Origin: an uncultured Acidobacteriota bacterium
GTDB taxonomy: Bacteria > Acidobacteriota > Thermoanaerobaculia > Multivoradales > UBA5704
Assembly: GCA_963700145.1 (NCBI GenBank)
Contig: OY969474.1
Coordinates: forward strand, 992,001 to 1,056,000
Length of the DNA stretch: 64,000 nucleotides
Direction of reading: 5' to 3'
Numbering within the stretch: position 1 is the first letter of the stretch; every line of letters begins with the position of its first letter. A program made the position numbers and the translations under genes. Of this stretch, positions 37,424 through 47,372 are shown in pieces. Under the pieces are notes generated by a model. It did no database searches. It was not told the DNA's origin and saw only the letters and a program-made list of their open reading frames with translations.

Positions 37424-39288
37424 GACGCCGCGCCCTGGCGCTCCTCCTCGGACTCTGGGTCGTCGCCGTCGTCGCCGCCGGTTGCGCCGGCCGCGAGCCG
37501 GTCTACGCGCTCCGCCGGCTGGCGGCCGATCCCGCCGGCGGCGGCGACGCTTCGATCTCTCCCGACGGGCGGCGATTCGTCGTCAGCTCGCGACGTGCCG
37601 GCAACTGGGACCTCTGGCTCTACGACATCGCGGCCGGGCGCTGGACGCAGCTCACTCGTCACCCCGCCGACGACTTCGAGGGCAAGTGGTCGCCCGACGG
37701 CCGGCGCCTCGCCTTTACCTCGACCCGCGGCGGCGGCAAGGACGTCTGGGTGATGTCGCTCGCCGGCGGCGCGCCGCGGCAGCTCACTTCCTCGCCGGCG
37801 GAAGAGGAGTACCCGGCCTGGTCGCCGGACGGGCGGCGGGTCGTCTACTCGGGCGGCCCGTGGGGCGAGCGCGATTTCTGGACCGTCCCCGCCGCCGGCG
37901 GCGCGCCGCGCAAGCTGACGCGGCGCCCCGGCTGGGCCGGCGCCTGCACCTTCGGCGCGCGCAGCGACTCGCTCGTCTGCCATCGCTACGACCAGGGGTC
38001 GGGCGACGTCGAGCGCCTCTGGCTCGACGACGGCGAGTCGACGCCGCTCACAGCCGGCGCCGACTGGGACTACAAGCCGGCCGAGTCGCCGGACGGGCGC
38101 TGGATCGCCTTCTCGCGCAGCCGCGAGGGGCCGTCGGGGATCTGGCTCATGCCGGCGGCCGGGGGGCGGGCGCGGCCGCTCACCGCCTCGCTCGCCGAGG
38201 ATCGCTGGCCGACCTGGAGCGCGGCGGGGGACCGCCTCTTCTTCCACCGGCTGGTGGAGACCGGCACCGCAGTCAAGCTCCTCGACCGCGCGAGCGGACG
38301 CGTGAGGACGCTCGTCGACGCCGGGGAGCGGCCGCTCCAGGCGGCGCTCGACCCGGCCGGCCGGCGGCTCGTCTACTGCGCCGAGCGCGGCGGCCGGCGC
38401 GTGCTGCGGCTGAAGGACCTCGGAAGCGGCGCCGTGCGCACGCTCCCGACCGGCGCCGCCGCGGCTTGCTTTCCGCGCTTCTCGCCCGACGGCGCGGCGA
38501 TCGCCTTCGCCGCCCGCGGCCCGGTGCGGTGGGAGATCGCCGTCATGCGCTCCGGCGGCGGCGGCCTGCGGGCGCTCACCGCCGGCCACGCCGGTCTGCG
38601 CGGCCTCGACGGCCCGCTCGACTGGTCGCCCGACGGCGCCCGGCTTCTCTTCCACTCCGACACGCGCGCCTTCGAGGCCAGCCTCTACACCGTCGAGGTG
38701 GCGACGCGGCGCCTGGCGCGGCTGACCTCCGACGCCTGGTTCGACGAGGCGCCGTCGTGGACGCCGGACGGGCGCGGCGTCCTCTTCATGTCGACGCGCG
38801 GCGGCGACTGGACGTGGGGCCTGTTCCGGTTGGCGGTCGATCGCGACGAGCAACGAGACGAGCCGGGTGGAGTGCTGGATGGGAAGGACGCGGCGATCCA
38901 GGTCTTCGCGGGTCCCGACTACGAGGAGAAGAACTACCCGCGGGCGGCGGCCGACGGCGCGATCCTCTGGAGCGCGGTGGACGGCGCGGGGGTCGAGCGG
39001 ATCGTCGAGCGGGCGGCCGGCGGCGAGGCGCGTGTGTGGCCGGGGACGGAGGGCGGGCGGTGGCCCTCGCTCTCGGCCGACGGGCGGCAGGTGGTGTTCA
39101 CGACGATCGCCAAGCGGGTCGAGTACTGGCTGGCGGAGAACCCGACCGGCAAGGGCTCGCCGCTCGCGGCGCCGCCGCGGCCTGCCCGCGGCCGGCGTGG
39201 AGCTCAGGTGGCGGCGATGACGCATCGCCCGGAGGTGGAGATCCGCACGGGCGCCCGCCGCAGCCCCGTCGATCTCCACCACCGCTGA
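37420..39288 (+). CDS. TolB-like (PD40 repeat) double beta-propeller lipoprotein
   Basis: Lipobox-like VAAGC; many P-x-WSPDG repeats. Confidence 0.85.
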   Translation: MRRRALALLLGLWVVAVVAAGCAGREPVYALRRLAADPAGGGDASISPDGRRFVVSSRRAGNWDLWLYDIAAGRWTQLTRHPADDFEGKWSPDGRRLAFTSTRGGGKDVWVMSLAGGAPRQLTSSPAEEEYPAWSPDGRRVVYSGGPWGERDFWTVPAAGGAPRKLTRRPGWAGACTFGARSDSLVCHRYDQGSGDVERLWLDDGESTPLTAGADWDYKPAESPDGRWIAFSRSREGPSGIWLMPAAGGRARPLTASLAEDRWPTWSAAGDRLFFHRLVETGTAVKLLDRASGRVRTLVDAGERPLQAALDPAGRRLVYCAERGGRRVLRLKDLGSGAVRTLPTGAAAACFPRFSPDGAAIAFAARGPVRWEIAVMRSGGGGLRALTAGHAGLRGLDGPLDWSPDGARLLFHSDTRAFEASLYTVEVATRRLARLTSDAWFDEAPSWTPDGRGVLFMSTRGGDWTWGLFRLAVDRDEQRDEPGGVLDGKDAAIQVFAGPDYEEKNYPRAAADGAILWSAVDGAGVERIVERAAGGEARVWPGTEGGRWPSLSADGRQVVFTTIAKRVEYWLAENPTGKGSPLAAPPRPARGRRGAQVAAMTHRPEVEIRTGARRSPVDLHHR

Positions 39289-39350
39289 CTGCTCTAGCCG
39301 CCCTCCGGTCGGAGGGTTGAGCCGGGTCGGAGGAGCCGAGGAGCCAAGCA

Positions 39351-40220
39351 ATGAGCCGGACGACGAAGCTCGCAGCAGCGGCCGTGGCGATCCTCCTCCT
39401 GGCCGCCGCCGGTGCCCTGTGGGCGAGCCTCGCCGGCCAGGGCTGGCGCGCCGAGACCCGCATCGTCCCGACGTCGCTCAAGAACCTCTCGGCCGTGACC
39501 TGGGACGGCGAGGCGCTGTGGGTCACCGTCGACACCGCGGGGCGCGCCTACCACCTCGATCCCGCGACCGGCGCCGTCGACCGCACGCTCGCGCTGCCGG
39601 CCAAGGACACCGGGGGCAGCGCCTGGGACGGCCGCACGCTCTGGCAGCTCGCCTATCGCGAGCGGAAAATCTACCGCCTCGACCCCGTGTCCGGCGCGGT
39701 CCTGGCCACGATCCCCTCGCCGGGCCGCGGCATGTGCAGCGGCATGACGTGGGACGGCCGCCACCTCTGGCTCGCCAACTGGGAGGACGAGCGCATCTAC
39801 CAGATCGATCAGGAGCGCGGCGGGCGGGTGCTGCGCTCGATCCCGGGCGAGCTCGAGTTCACCGGTCTCGCCTGGGACGGCCGCTATCTCTGGACCGGCG
39901 TGCTGGTGGGGACCGAGTCGCACGACGAGGCGCCGCCCTTCACCGGCTTCGTGCAGCAGCTCGACGTCGACACCCGCCGCGCGCTGCGCGCCTTCCCGGT
40001 CAACGGCGTCACCCCGGGCGGCTGCGACTGGGTCCCGGGGCGGCGCCTGGCGCGGCGCTTCTGGTGGTACGACCACTATCACGCGCGCTTGGTCGAGATG
40101 CGCCTCCGCCACGAGCACGAGAGCGCCGGGCGGGCGGCGGCGGGGATGTTGCTTCTCTTCGGTTGCGCGAGCGGCGGGTGGGCGCTGCGGGGGTGGCGGA
40201 GGGAGCGTCAGGGCACCTAG
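39351..40220 (+). CDS. Exported glutaminyl cyclotransferase-like beta-propeller with a hydrophobic C-terminus
   Basis: Four (T/A)WDGxxLW repeats and DPxTG motifs. Confidence 0.72.
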   Translation: MSRTTKLAAAAVAILLLAAAGALWASLAGQGWRAETRIVPTSLKNLSAVTWDGEALWVTVDTAGRAYHLDPATGAVDRTLALPAKDTGGSAWDGRTLWQLAYRERKIYRLDPVSGAVLATIPSPGRGMCSGMTWDGRHLWLANWEDERIYQIDQERGGRVLRSIPGELEFTGLAWDGRYLWTGVLVGTESHDEAPPFTGFVQQLDVDTRRALRAFPVNGVTPGGCDWVPGRRLARRFWWYDHYHARLVEMRLRHEHESAGRAAAGMLLLFGCASGGWALRGWRRERQGT

Positions 40221-40277
40221 CTCGCCGAGCCCCGGACGCGGAGGCCGGGCTGCAGACCGTCCAAAAGGAGAGCCGTC

Positions 40278-40712
40278 ATGTCGAGCTATCAGACGGGCAT
40301 CACCATCGCCGCGCCGCCCGAGCGGGTGTTCAAGCTGCTGACCGAGCCGGAGCAGATCAAGCGCTGGGCCGACGGAGTGGAGTCGATCGAGTACACCGAA
40401 GGCAGCCCGCGCCAGGCCGGCGCCCGCTTCAAGCAGCGGATCAAGGAGGGGAGCAAGATCGTCGAGTACGACGGCGAGGTCGTCGCCTACGAGCCGCCAC
40501 GCCGCCACACGACGCGGCTGGCGAACCCGCAGTTCACGATGGTCATCGACCACCACTTGAGCGCCGAGGGCGGCGGCACGCGCGTCGAGCAGCAAGTCGA
40601 CATGACGGCGCACAGCGCCCTCGGGCGGCTCCTCGGATTTGTCTTCTGCTGGTTCACCAAGGGCATCTCGCGCAAGCAGCTCGCGAAGGTCAAGGAGCTC
40701 GCCGAGAGCTAG
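40278..40712 (+). CDS. SRPBCC family protein (polyketide cyclase/START-like)
   Basis: IAAPPERVFKLLTEPEQIKRW..GGGTRV..LAKVKELAE; AAGGAG SD. Confidence 0.85.
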   Translation: MSSYQTGITIAAPPERVFKLLTEPEQIKRWADGVESIEYTEGSPRQAGARFKQRIKEGSKIVEYDGEVVAYEPPRRHTTRLANPQFTMVIDHHLSAEGGGTRVEQQVDMTAHSALGRLLGFVFCWFTKGISRKQLAKVKELAES

Positions 40713-40733
40713 GGGACTACAATCGTCTCCGCA

Positions 40734-41498
40734 ATGAGCGGAGTGAGATTGGCTGACCTCGTCGCCTACCTGGACGACCTGCTCGAGGCCCATGAAGGCT
40801 GCGACTTCGGACCGAACGGGCTCCAGGTCGAGGGGCGGGAGGAGGTGCGGCGGGTGGTGACCGGCGTCTCCGCCTGCCGCGAGCTGTTCGAGCGGGCGGC
40901 GGCGGCGGGCGCCGACGCCGTCCTCGTTCACCACGGCCTCTTCTGGGAGGGGATGCCGCGGACGTTGACGGGCTTCCAGTACCGGCGCGTGGCCGAGCTG
41001 CTCCGCGCCGGGATGAGCCTCGTCGCCTACCACCTCCCGCTCGACCGCCACCCCACCTACGGCAACAACGCCCTGGCGGCGCGGGCCTTCGGGCTCGAAG
41101 GGCTGGAGCCCTTCGCGGTCCACGAGGGGCTGCCGATCGGCTTCCGGGGCCGCTTCCCCGAGCCGATCTCGGTCGAGGAGCTGACCCGGCGCTGCGCCGC
41201 GGTCTACGGCCAGGAGCCGCTCGCGCTCCCGGGCGGCCCGGAGCTTGTGAAGACCCTGGGCATCGTCTCCGGCGGCGCCCAGCGCGAGGTCCACGACGCC
41301 ATCGCCGCCGGCCTCGACGCCTACCTGACCGGCGAGGCCAGCGAGTGGGTGATGAACGTGGTCCGCGAAGCCGGCATCCACTACCTCGCCGCCGGCCACT
41401 ACGCCACCGAGCGCCTCGGCGTCCGCGCCCTCGGCGAGCACCTCGCCGACCGCTTCGGGCTGGCGGTCGAGTTCATCGACGTGCCGAACCCGGTCTGA
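40734..41498 (+). CDS. Nif3-like dinuclear metal centre protein (YbgI family)
   Basis: NGLQVEG, VHHGLFW, YHLPLDRHP..GNN, AGHYATE; TACAAT -10 at 40718. Confidence 0.93.
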   Translation: MSGVRLADLVAYLDDLLEAHEGCDFGPNGLQVEGREEVRRVVTGVSACRELFERAAAAGADAVLVHHGLFWEGMPRTLTGFQYRRVAELLRAGMSLVAYHLPLDRHPTYGNNALAARAFGLEGLEPFAVHEGLPIGFRGRFPEPISVEELTRRCAAVYGQEPLALPGGPELVKTLGIVSGGAQREVHDAIAAGLDAYLTGEASEWVMNVVREAGIHYLAAGHYATERLGVRALGEHLADRFGLAVEFIDVPNPV

Positions 41499-41511
41499 GG
41501 CGCGTCCCGCC

Positions 41512-41820
41512 CTACGCCCGAAGCAACTGGACGTCGTACGCGGCGAGCTGGCGGTCGGCGGTGAGGAGCGGCAGGTTTTCCAGCTGCGCCTGCGCGACGA
41601 GGAGACGGTCGAAGGGGTCGCGATGGTGCGGCGGGAGGTTGGCCGTCCAGAGGACGTGCGCGTGGTGGATCGGCAGCGCCGTCGTGCCGCTCGCCCGCAT
41701 GCGGCTCGGCACGTAGTCGGAGGGCGGCTCCGGCAACGGCAGCTTGCGCGTCTCTGCCGAGAGCCGTCGCGGGGCCATCTGCATCCAGAGCCAGACCTGC
41801 GTGTCGAGGAGGACCCTCAC
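41512..41820 (-). pseudogene. vapC: VapC/PIN toxin with an apparent in-frame internal deletion
   Basis: LLDTQVWLW and HRDPFDRLLVAQA..LLTAD are present, but the usual S..S.WEIAIK segment is missing; only 102 aa. Confidence 0.7.
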
Positions 41821-42047
41821 GAAAGGAAGTCGGCGAGGACCTCGTCGGGCAGCGGCGCGTCGAAGTCGTCCGGCACCTCGAAGACACCCTCGTCGATCCC
41901 GAGCCGGCGGCCGGCCGGCGCCTGGACCGGCACCAGCTTCGCCACGGGCTTCCCGGCGCGGGCGATCACGACTTCCTCGCCGTGCTCCACCTCGGCCAGC
42001 AGCCGGGAGAGGTGGGTCTTCGCCTCGTGGACGTTCACTTCGCGCAC
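41817..42047 (-). CDS. Phd/YefM-family antitoxin
   Basis: VNVHEAKTHLSRLL..GEEVVIARAGKPVAKLVP. Confidence 0.92.
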   Translation of the reverse strand: MREVNVHEAKTHLSRLLAEVEHGEEVVIARAGKPVAKLVPVQAPAGRRLGIDEGVFEVPDDFDAPLPDEVLADFLS

Positions 42048-42121
42048 GTCGGCAGGTTAGCTAAATTGCCGGACTAGGGCAACTCCACAGCGGGGTGGGC
42101 AGGAAACGAGGCGCCTGACGG

Positions 42122-42373
42122 CCCGAAAACTTGGTATCAGAGCCTGATACCCCCGTCGCAAGGCCTGATACTCCCGTATGGAGCCCCGATACTCTCGTAT
42201 CAGCCGTTGATACTGTCGTATCGGGCGTTGATACGTCCGTATCAGGCGCCGATACCCTCGTAGCACGGGCCGATACCTCCGTAGCAGGCACCGATACGTC
42301 CGTATCACCTGCCGATACGCTCGTATCGAGCGCTGATACGCCCGTATCAGCACCTGATACGTCTTCCTCAGGC
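42122..42373. repeat. 21-bp tandem array, 11-12 units, core GATAC-N4-GTATC
   Basis: GATAC recurs at 42146, 42167, 42188 ... 42356 with an exact 21-nt period. Confidence 0.9.
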
Positions 42374-42424
42374 GTCGCTACTGGATTGTTCGCGGGGATG
42401 GTCTACGCGCGTAGGATCGGGGTG

Positions 42425-43543
42425 ATGCGCTGTCGCCCGCGTCTCCCCTCTCCCACCGTCGCCGCCCTCGCGGCGGTCCTTCTTCTCACCGCCTGCTTCG
42501 ATCCGCCCGTCCGCGAGACCGTCGAGCTGCGCTTCCTGCCGCACGGCGAGTACGTCGTCACCAGCCGGGTCGAGATCACCGAGCCCGAGAAGACCGGCAA
42601 CCGGGCGCTGGAGCGGCGGCTGGCGGAGGTGCGGCGGGCGCTGGCGCAGGAGGACGACGACTGGTCGCGGCGCTTCGCCGCCCTCGCGCCGGCGGCGGAG
42701 CGCTTCGCCTGGGAGAAGCACCTCGGCGCCCTGCACCGGGTGGAGCGCTCGGCGGTGCTCGACGAGCCGGCCCAGCTCGCCGCCTTCTTCGCCGACACCC
42801 CGCTCGCCGTGAGCTACGAGGTGCGCGACGGCCTGGGCGAGCTGGCGGTCGTCCCCGGGCCGGCCGGCCGCGCCACCCGCCGCCAGCGGCGTGAGATGGA
42901 CGAAGCGCTCGCCCAGTGGAGCGCCAGCGTCGCCGCCTACCTCGCCGCCGCCGAGGACCTCTACGCCTACCTCGACCGCCGTCCCGAGCGCGCCCGCGCC
43001 GCCCTCGGCGGCCTCCTCTCCGATCTCCTCTCCGACACCGAGCGCGCCGCCCTCGGCACGCTCGACGAGGCCGAGCAGGCCCTCGTCGAGCCCCTCGAGA
43101 AGGCCATGGAAGAGGTGGTCGGCGTGCTGCTCGTCGCGCCCGGCGAGGAGCTCTCGCTCGACGAGCTGTCGCACCTGGTCTACGACCCCTTCCCGGCGGC
43201 CCTGCGGGTGCGGCTGCCGGTGACGCCGCAGGAGGTCGAGGGGTTCGCGCGCGGCGGCGAGGGCGAGCTGGTGGTGCCCGGGCTCGGCCTCTGGCCGGCG
43301 CTGCGCGCCCTCGAGGGGCGGTGGCTCTCGCCCGACCCGGCGCTCCTCTACGTCGAGCTGCGCGGCCGGCGCGCCGAATCGCCGCTCGACCTGGCCGAGC
43401 TCATCACCCGCGAGCGCCGCGCGGCGGAGGCGCCGACCGCCGCCGAGGTCCGCCTGGCCATCGAGGAGCGTCTCGAGCCCGCTTCGCTCTACCGCGCCGC
43501 CTGGCCGGTCACCCCGGGCGAGAGCGACCTCACCGGCTTCTAG
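42425..43543 (+). CDS. Hypothetical lipoprotein
   Basis: Lipobox LLLTAC after ATG 42425; typical GC3 codon bias. Confidence 0.75.
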   Translation: MRCRPRLPSPTVAALAAVLLLTACFDPPVRETVELRFLPHGEYVVTSRVEITEPEKTGNRALERRLAEVRRALAQEDDDWSRRFAALAPAAERFAWEKHLGALHRVERSAVLDEPAQLAAFFADTPLAVSYEVRDGLGELAVVPGPAGRATRRQRREMDEALAQWSASVAAYLAAAEDLYAYLDRRPERARAALGGLLSDLLSDTERAALGTLDEAEQALVEPLEKAMEEVVGVLLVAPGEELSLDELSHLVYDPFPAALRVRLPVTPQEVEGFARGGEGELVVPGLGLWPALRALEGRWLSPDPALLYVELRGRRAESPLDLAELITRERRAAEAPTAAEVRLAIEERLEPASLYRAAWPVTPGESDLTGF

Positions 43544-44852
43544 CCAGGATCTCCTCCGCCGCCGTCTTGCCGCTGCGCATCGAGTGGTCCATGTTGAAGT
43601 ACTGCCACTCGCCGAAGCGGCCGACCGGCCAGATGCCGTGCTCCTTGAGCCAGGCGCGGATCACGCCGACGTTCTTGGCGTGGTCGAGGTCGTAGATCAC
43701 GTAGGCCGGCAGGATCTCCTCGGTGTGGACGAGCTCGATGCGGTCGTCGGGGGAGAGGATCTCGGCCGTCTGGAGGGCGGCGATCGTCCGCTCCACCGCC
43801 TGGTCGCGGTCGAGCGGCCGCTCGCGCGAGAAGGCCACCTCGGTCGAGATCGAGCTCTTCCCCGGCGGCACGGTGCCGGGGCTGAAGTTGGCCGGGAAGG
43901 AGAGCCGGTGGAAGGGGAACGGCTCCTCGTAGAAGTAGACCCAGTGCTTGTCCGAGATCCGCTCGCGGTCGATGCCCAGGTTGACGCAGTAGATCCCCTG
44001 GTAGCGGAGGCCGGCGCAGGCCCGCTCGACCTCCGGCGGCAGCGCGTCGCAGAGCGCGGGCAGGAGGGCCAGCGGCAGGGAGTAGACCAGCTTCGAGAAC
44101 GGCACGACCTCGCCGTCGGCGAAGACCAGGCGCTGGCCGGCGACCTCCAGTCGCTCCACCCGGCGGTTGAGATGGACGTTGCGCAGGCGCGCGCCGAGCG
44201 CCCGCGGCAGCGGCTCGATGCCGCCGACCTTCGGGTACCAGAAGGCCGCGGTGGCCCCCACCTGCGGCACCTCGTCCGACAGCGCGCCGGCGATGATCCG
44301 CTCGTAGTCCGGGGTCGGCACGCGGCGACCGATCCAGCTGAAGTCCATGGTCGCGGGCTCGACCGTCCAGATCTTCCGCGCGTAGGGGATCATCAGGTGC
44401 TCGGCGATGCCGTCGCCGAAGAAGCCGCGCATCCACTCCTCGTAGTTGGCGGGCTGGAAGGCGCCGCGCGCCTGCCGCTCGACCGCCCGCACCAGCCCCA
44501 CCAGGCAGTCGCGCACCACCTCGACCGGCAGGCCGTGGAGGTGGGCCTGGAAGGGGAAGCGGGTGTAGAGGCGGCTGGCGTGGTGGTAGATGTAGGCCTC
44601 GCGCTCCTGGGCGTGGAAGTTGTCCCCCAGGAGCTCGCGGATCAGCGCCTCCATCTCGGCGTCGATGGTGAAGAGGATGTGGGGGCCGAAGTCGAAGAGG
44701 TAGCCGCCGGCGGCGATCGAGCGCGCCAGCCCACCCAGCCGCTCCTCCTTCTCGTAGAGCTGCCAGTGGTCCTCTCCCGCCTGCTGGAAGGTGTAGGCGG
44801 CGGTCATGCCGGCGAGACCGCCGCCCAGGATCACGTCCTGTCGCTCCGCCAT
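43530..44852 (-). CDS. FAD-dependent oxidoreductase (UDP-galactopyranose mutase/protoporphyrinogen oxidase-like)
   Basis: ILGGGLAG, GGLARS..FDFGPH, GRFGEWQYFNMD. Confidence 0.85.
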   Translation of the reverse strand: MAERQDVILGGGLAGMTAAYTFQQAGEDHWQLYEKEERLGGLARSIAAGGYLFDFGPHILFTIDAEMEALIRELLGDNFHAQEREAYIYHHASRLYTRFPFQAHLHGLPVEVVRDCLVGLVRAVERQARGAFQPANYEEWMRGFFGDGIAEHLMIPYARKIWTVEPATMDFSWIGRRVPTPDYERIIAGALSDEVPQVGATAAFWYPKVGGIEPLPRALGARLRNVHLNRRVERLEVAGQRLVFADGEVVPFSKLVYSLPLALLPALCDALPPEVERACAGLRYQGIYCVNLGIDRERISDKHWVYFYEEPFPFHRLSFPANFSPGTVPPGKSSISTEVAFSRERPLDRDQAVERTIAALQTAEILSPDDRIELVHTEEILPAYVIYDLDHAKNVGVIRAWLKEHGIWPVGRFGEWQYFNMDHSMRSGKTAAEEILARSR

Positions 44853-44939
44853 GGCGCGCGGGGTCAGAGGGCAGGGGTCGCGATCATGGCGGGCGACTCT
44901 ACCAGCGTCGATCGGGGCGCGGCGCCGGACCCGCGCCGC

Positions 44940-46577
44940 TCACGCCATCATCCGGTGGTACTCGCGCGTCGTCTCCGGCAGCGGCTCGACGCCCAGCTCC
45001 TCGGAGAGCAGCGTCGTCAGCCGGTCGTACTGGCGGCGCACCAGGTCGCGCCGCCCTTCGCGCGAGTAGAGGCGCATGACGGCGAGGTGGACCCGCTCCT
45101 GCAGCGGGTCCTCGACCAGCAGCGCGCGGTAGGCGTCCATCGCCTCGGGGTGACGCTCGAGGCGGACGCAGAGGTCGCCGAGGTCGCGCAGCATGTCGAG
45201 GTACTGCCGCTGCGCCGCCTCCCGCCGCGCCACCACCCAGCTCTCGTAGTGCCCCTGCAGGAACGGCCCGCGGTAGAGCGACCAGCCGGCGCGCCAGGCC
45301 TCGACCGCCTCCTCCCCCTCCTCGCGCGCCGCCCGCTCGCGCCCGCGCTCGAGGAGCTGCCCGAACTCGACGAGGTCGATCTCCCAGGTGATCTCCGGGT
45401 TGAGCCGGTAGATGTCGCCGCGCAGCAGCAGCGGCGGCGGCAGCTGGCGGCGGCGCTCCCCTTCCAGCGTGCGCCGGAGGTGCGAGAGCGTGGGGTGGAA
45501 GTTGTTCTGGATCTTCTCCTCGCCTTCGGTCGGCCAGACCGCCTCGATCAGCTCCTCGCGGCCGGCCTGGAGCGCCGGGCAGGAGGCGAGGTAGGCCAGC
45601 ACCTTGAAGGAGCGGCGGAGGCGCCAGGCGAGCGGCCGCTCGCTGCGGTCGGGGAGCTTCTCGCGCACCTCCGGGTCGCCCAGCAGGGCGACGGCGTAGG
45701 CGGCGGCGCCGCCGACCGGCTGCGGCGCGGCGCGTGTGAAGACCGTCGGCGCCGGCGCCGCGCTCACCGCCACCGAGCGGCTGCGCTCGCGCTCGAGGTA
45801 GGCGGCGAGGAGGCGCGGGAAGCGGCGCTGCCCCCCCTCCTCGATCCACAGGCCGTGCTCCTCGATGGCGCGCTGCAGGTGGGCGCGCTGGTGGTCCGGC
45901 TCGCGGCGGGCGATCTCGGGGCCGAGCAAGAGAGGCGCCGACTGCAGCAGCTCGCGCTCCTCGGCGCCCAGGCTCCCCAGGGCCTCGTGCTGGACGAAGG
46001 AGCGGATCGACTCGAGCTCCAGCAGCTCGGCGGCGCCGCCGCTCCCCACCGCCCGGTCCGCCTCGGCCACCAGGCGCAGCGGGCGGTACCAGCCGTCGGT
46101 GGCGTCGACCAGGGTGCGGGCTTCGCGGTCGGGCAGGTCGCGGCCGGCGGCCAGCCGCCAGAGGGCGGCGGTCTCGCTGCGGCCGAGCAGCAGCTCCTGC
46201 GGCGCCACGACGGTGCACGGCAGGTCGCCGAAGGCGAGGCGGCGGCGGGTGCCGAAGACCAGGCGCTGCCCGGGCCGCAGCCAGCGCACCGCGTCGGCCA
46301 GCCGCTCGGGCGGGCAGCTCGTCGCCACCAGCCAGCGGGCGCCTCCCTGGTCGGCGTACTCCAGCGCCTCGCGCAGCGCCTGCTCGTCGGAGACCTCGGC
46401 GAGCGCCAGCGCCGTGGCGCGCTCCCCCTCGGCCTCCAGCAGCGCTTCGAGCAGCGCCGAGCGGCCGCTCCCCGGCCAGCCCCAGACCTGCACCAGCGGC
46501 GTCTCGGCGGTGCGCACGCGCCGCAGCAATCGCTCGACGTGCGGCAGCCGTGGCCTGGGGGGAACGGGGGCTCTCAA
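44940..46577 (-). CDS. BTAD-domain transcriptional regulator (MalT/SARP-like)
   Basis: GWPGSGRS degenerate P-loop; LYRGPFL; DPLQERVH..MRLY..EELGVEP. Start uncertain. Confidence 0.82.
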   Translation of the reverse strand: MRAPVPPRPRLPHVERLLRRVRTAETPLVQVWGWPGSGRSALLEALLEAEGERATALALAEVSDEQALREALEYADQGGARWLVATSCPPERLADAVRWLRPGQRLVFGTRRRLAFGDLPCTVVAPQELLLGRSETAALWRLAAGRDLPDREARTLVDATDGWYRPLRLVAEADRAVGSGGAAELLELESIRSFVQHEALGSLGAEERELLQSAPLLLGPEIARREPDHQRAHLQRAIEEHGLWIEEGGQRRFPRLLAAYLERERSRSVAVSAAPAPTVFTRAAPQPVGGAAAYAVALLGDPEVREKLPDRSERPLAWRLRRSFKVLAYLASCPALQAGREELIEAVWPTEGEEKIQNNFHPTLSHLRRTLEGERRRQLPPPLLLRGDIYRLNPEITWEIDLVEFGQLLERGRERAAREEGEEAVEAWRAGWSLYRGPFLQGHYESWVVARREAAQRQYLDMLRDLGDLCVRLERHPEAMDAYRALLVEDPLQERVHLAVMRLYSREGRRDLVRRQYDRLTTLLSEELGVEPLPETTREYHRMMA

Positions 46578-46610
46578 GACAGAAGGTGCTCCGCGGGTCG
46601 CGGCAGCTTA

Positions 46611-47372
46611 TCAGCCGGCCCGCAGACGATCGCGGACCTGCTGCATGTCCTCCCAGGTGGGACGCTTGAGCGCCGGGTTGCGCAGCAGCGCCGCCGGGTG
46701 GTAGGTGACCATCGTCGGCACGTCCAGCACCCGGAACCACTGCCCGCGCATGCGCCCGATCGGCGTGTCGTTGCCGAGCAGCACCTGCGCCGCGATCCGT
46801 CCCAGCGCCACCAGCACCCGCGGGCGCACCAGCGCGATCTGCTGCTCCAGGTACGGCAGGCAGGAGGCGGCCTCGTCGGGGAGCGGGTCGCGGTTGCCCG
46901 GCGGGCGGCACTTGAGGATGTTGGCGATGTAGACGTCCTCGCGCCGCAGATCGATCGCCTGGATGATGCGGTTGAGCAGCTCGCCGGCGCGGCCGACGAA
47001 GGGCAGCCCCTGGCGGTCCTCCTCGGCCCCCGGCGCCTCGCCCACGAACATCAGGTCGGCGTCCGGGTTGCCGGCGCCGAAGACCACCGTCTGCCGCCCG
47101 CCGGCCAGCCGGCAGCGGGTGCAGGTCGAGGCCACGACGGCGAGGGCGGCGAGCGCGGCGGCGCGGGCGCCGGCCTCCGCCGGCACCTCGATGGGCGGCG
47201 GATCGAAGAGCGAGCCCGGCCGCGCGGCGGCGGGCAGCTCCTCGTCGCGCGGCGGCGGCGCGGCGGCCGCGACCGCCGCCTCGCCGGACGCCGCCCGCAG
47301 GTAGACCTCGCCGTAGCCGATGTCGGCCAGGTAGGCGAGGAGGTCAGCGAGCGCCGGGGAGGGAGCGCTCAC
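46611..47372 (-). CDS. Uracil-DNA glycosylase family 4
   Basis: [27 protein letters not shown]. Confidence 0.93.
   Translation of the reverse strand: MSAPSPALADLLAYLADIGYGEVYLRAASGEAAVAAAAPPPRDEELPAAARPGSLFDPPPIEVPAEAGARAAALAALAVVASTCTRCRLAGGRQTVVFGAGNPDADLMFVGEAPGAEEDRQGLPFVGRAGELLNRIIQAIDLRREDVYIANILKCRPPGNRDPLPDEAASCLPYLEQQIALVRPRVLVALGRIAAQVLLGNDTPIGRMRGQWFRVLDVPTMVTYHPAALLRNPALKRPTWEDMQQVRDRLRAG

Noticed and set aside
42122-42373. Possible CRISPR array
   Set aside because: The 21-nt period leaves no room for unique spacers, and no cas genes are in the window.
44940-46577. BTAD regulator as the enediyne pathway activator
   Set aside because: It lies in the housekeeping run after udg and coaBC, outside the region carrying the box; the AraC gene next to the thioesterase is the simpler candidate.
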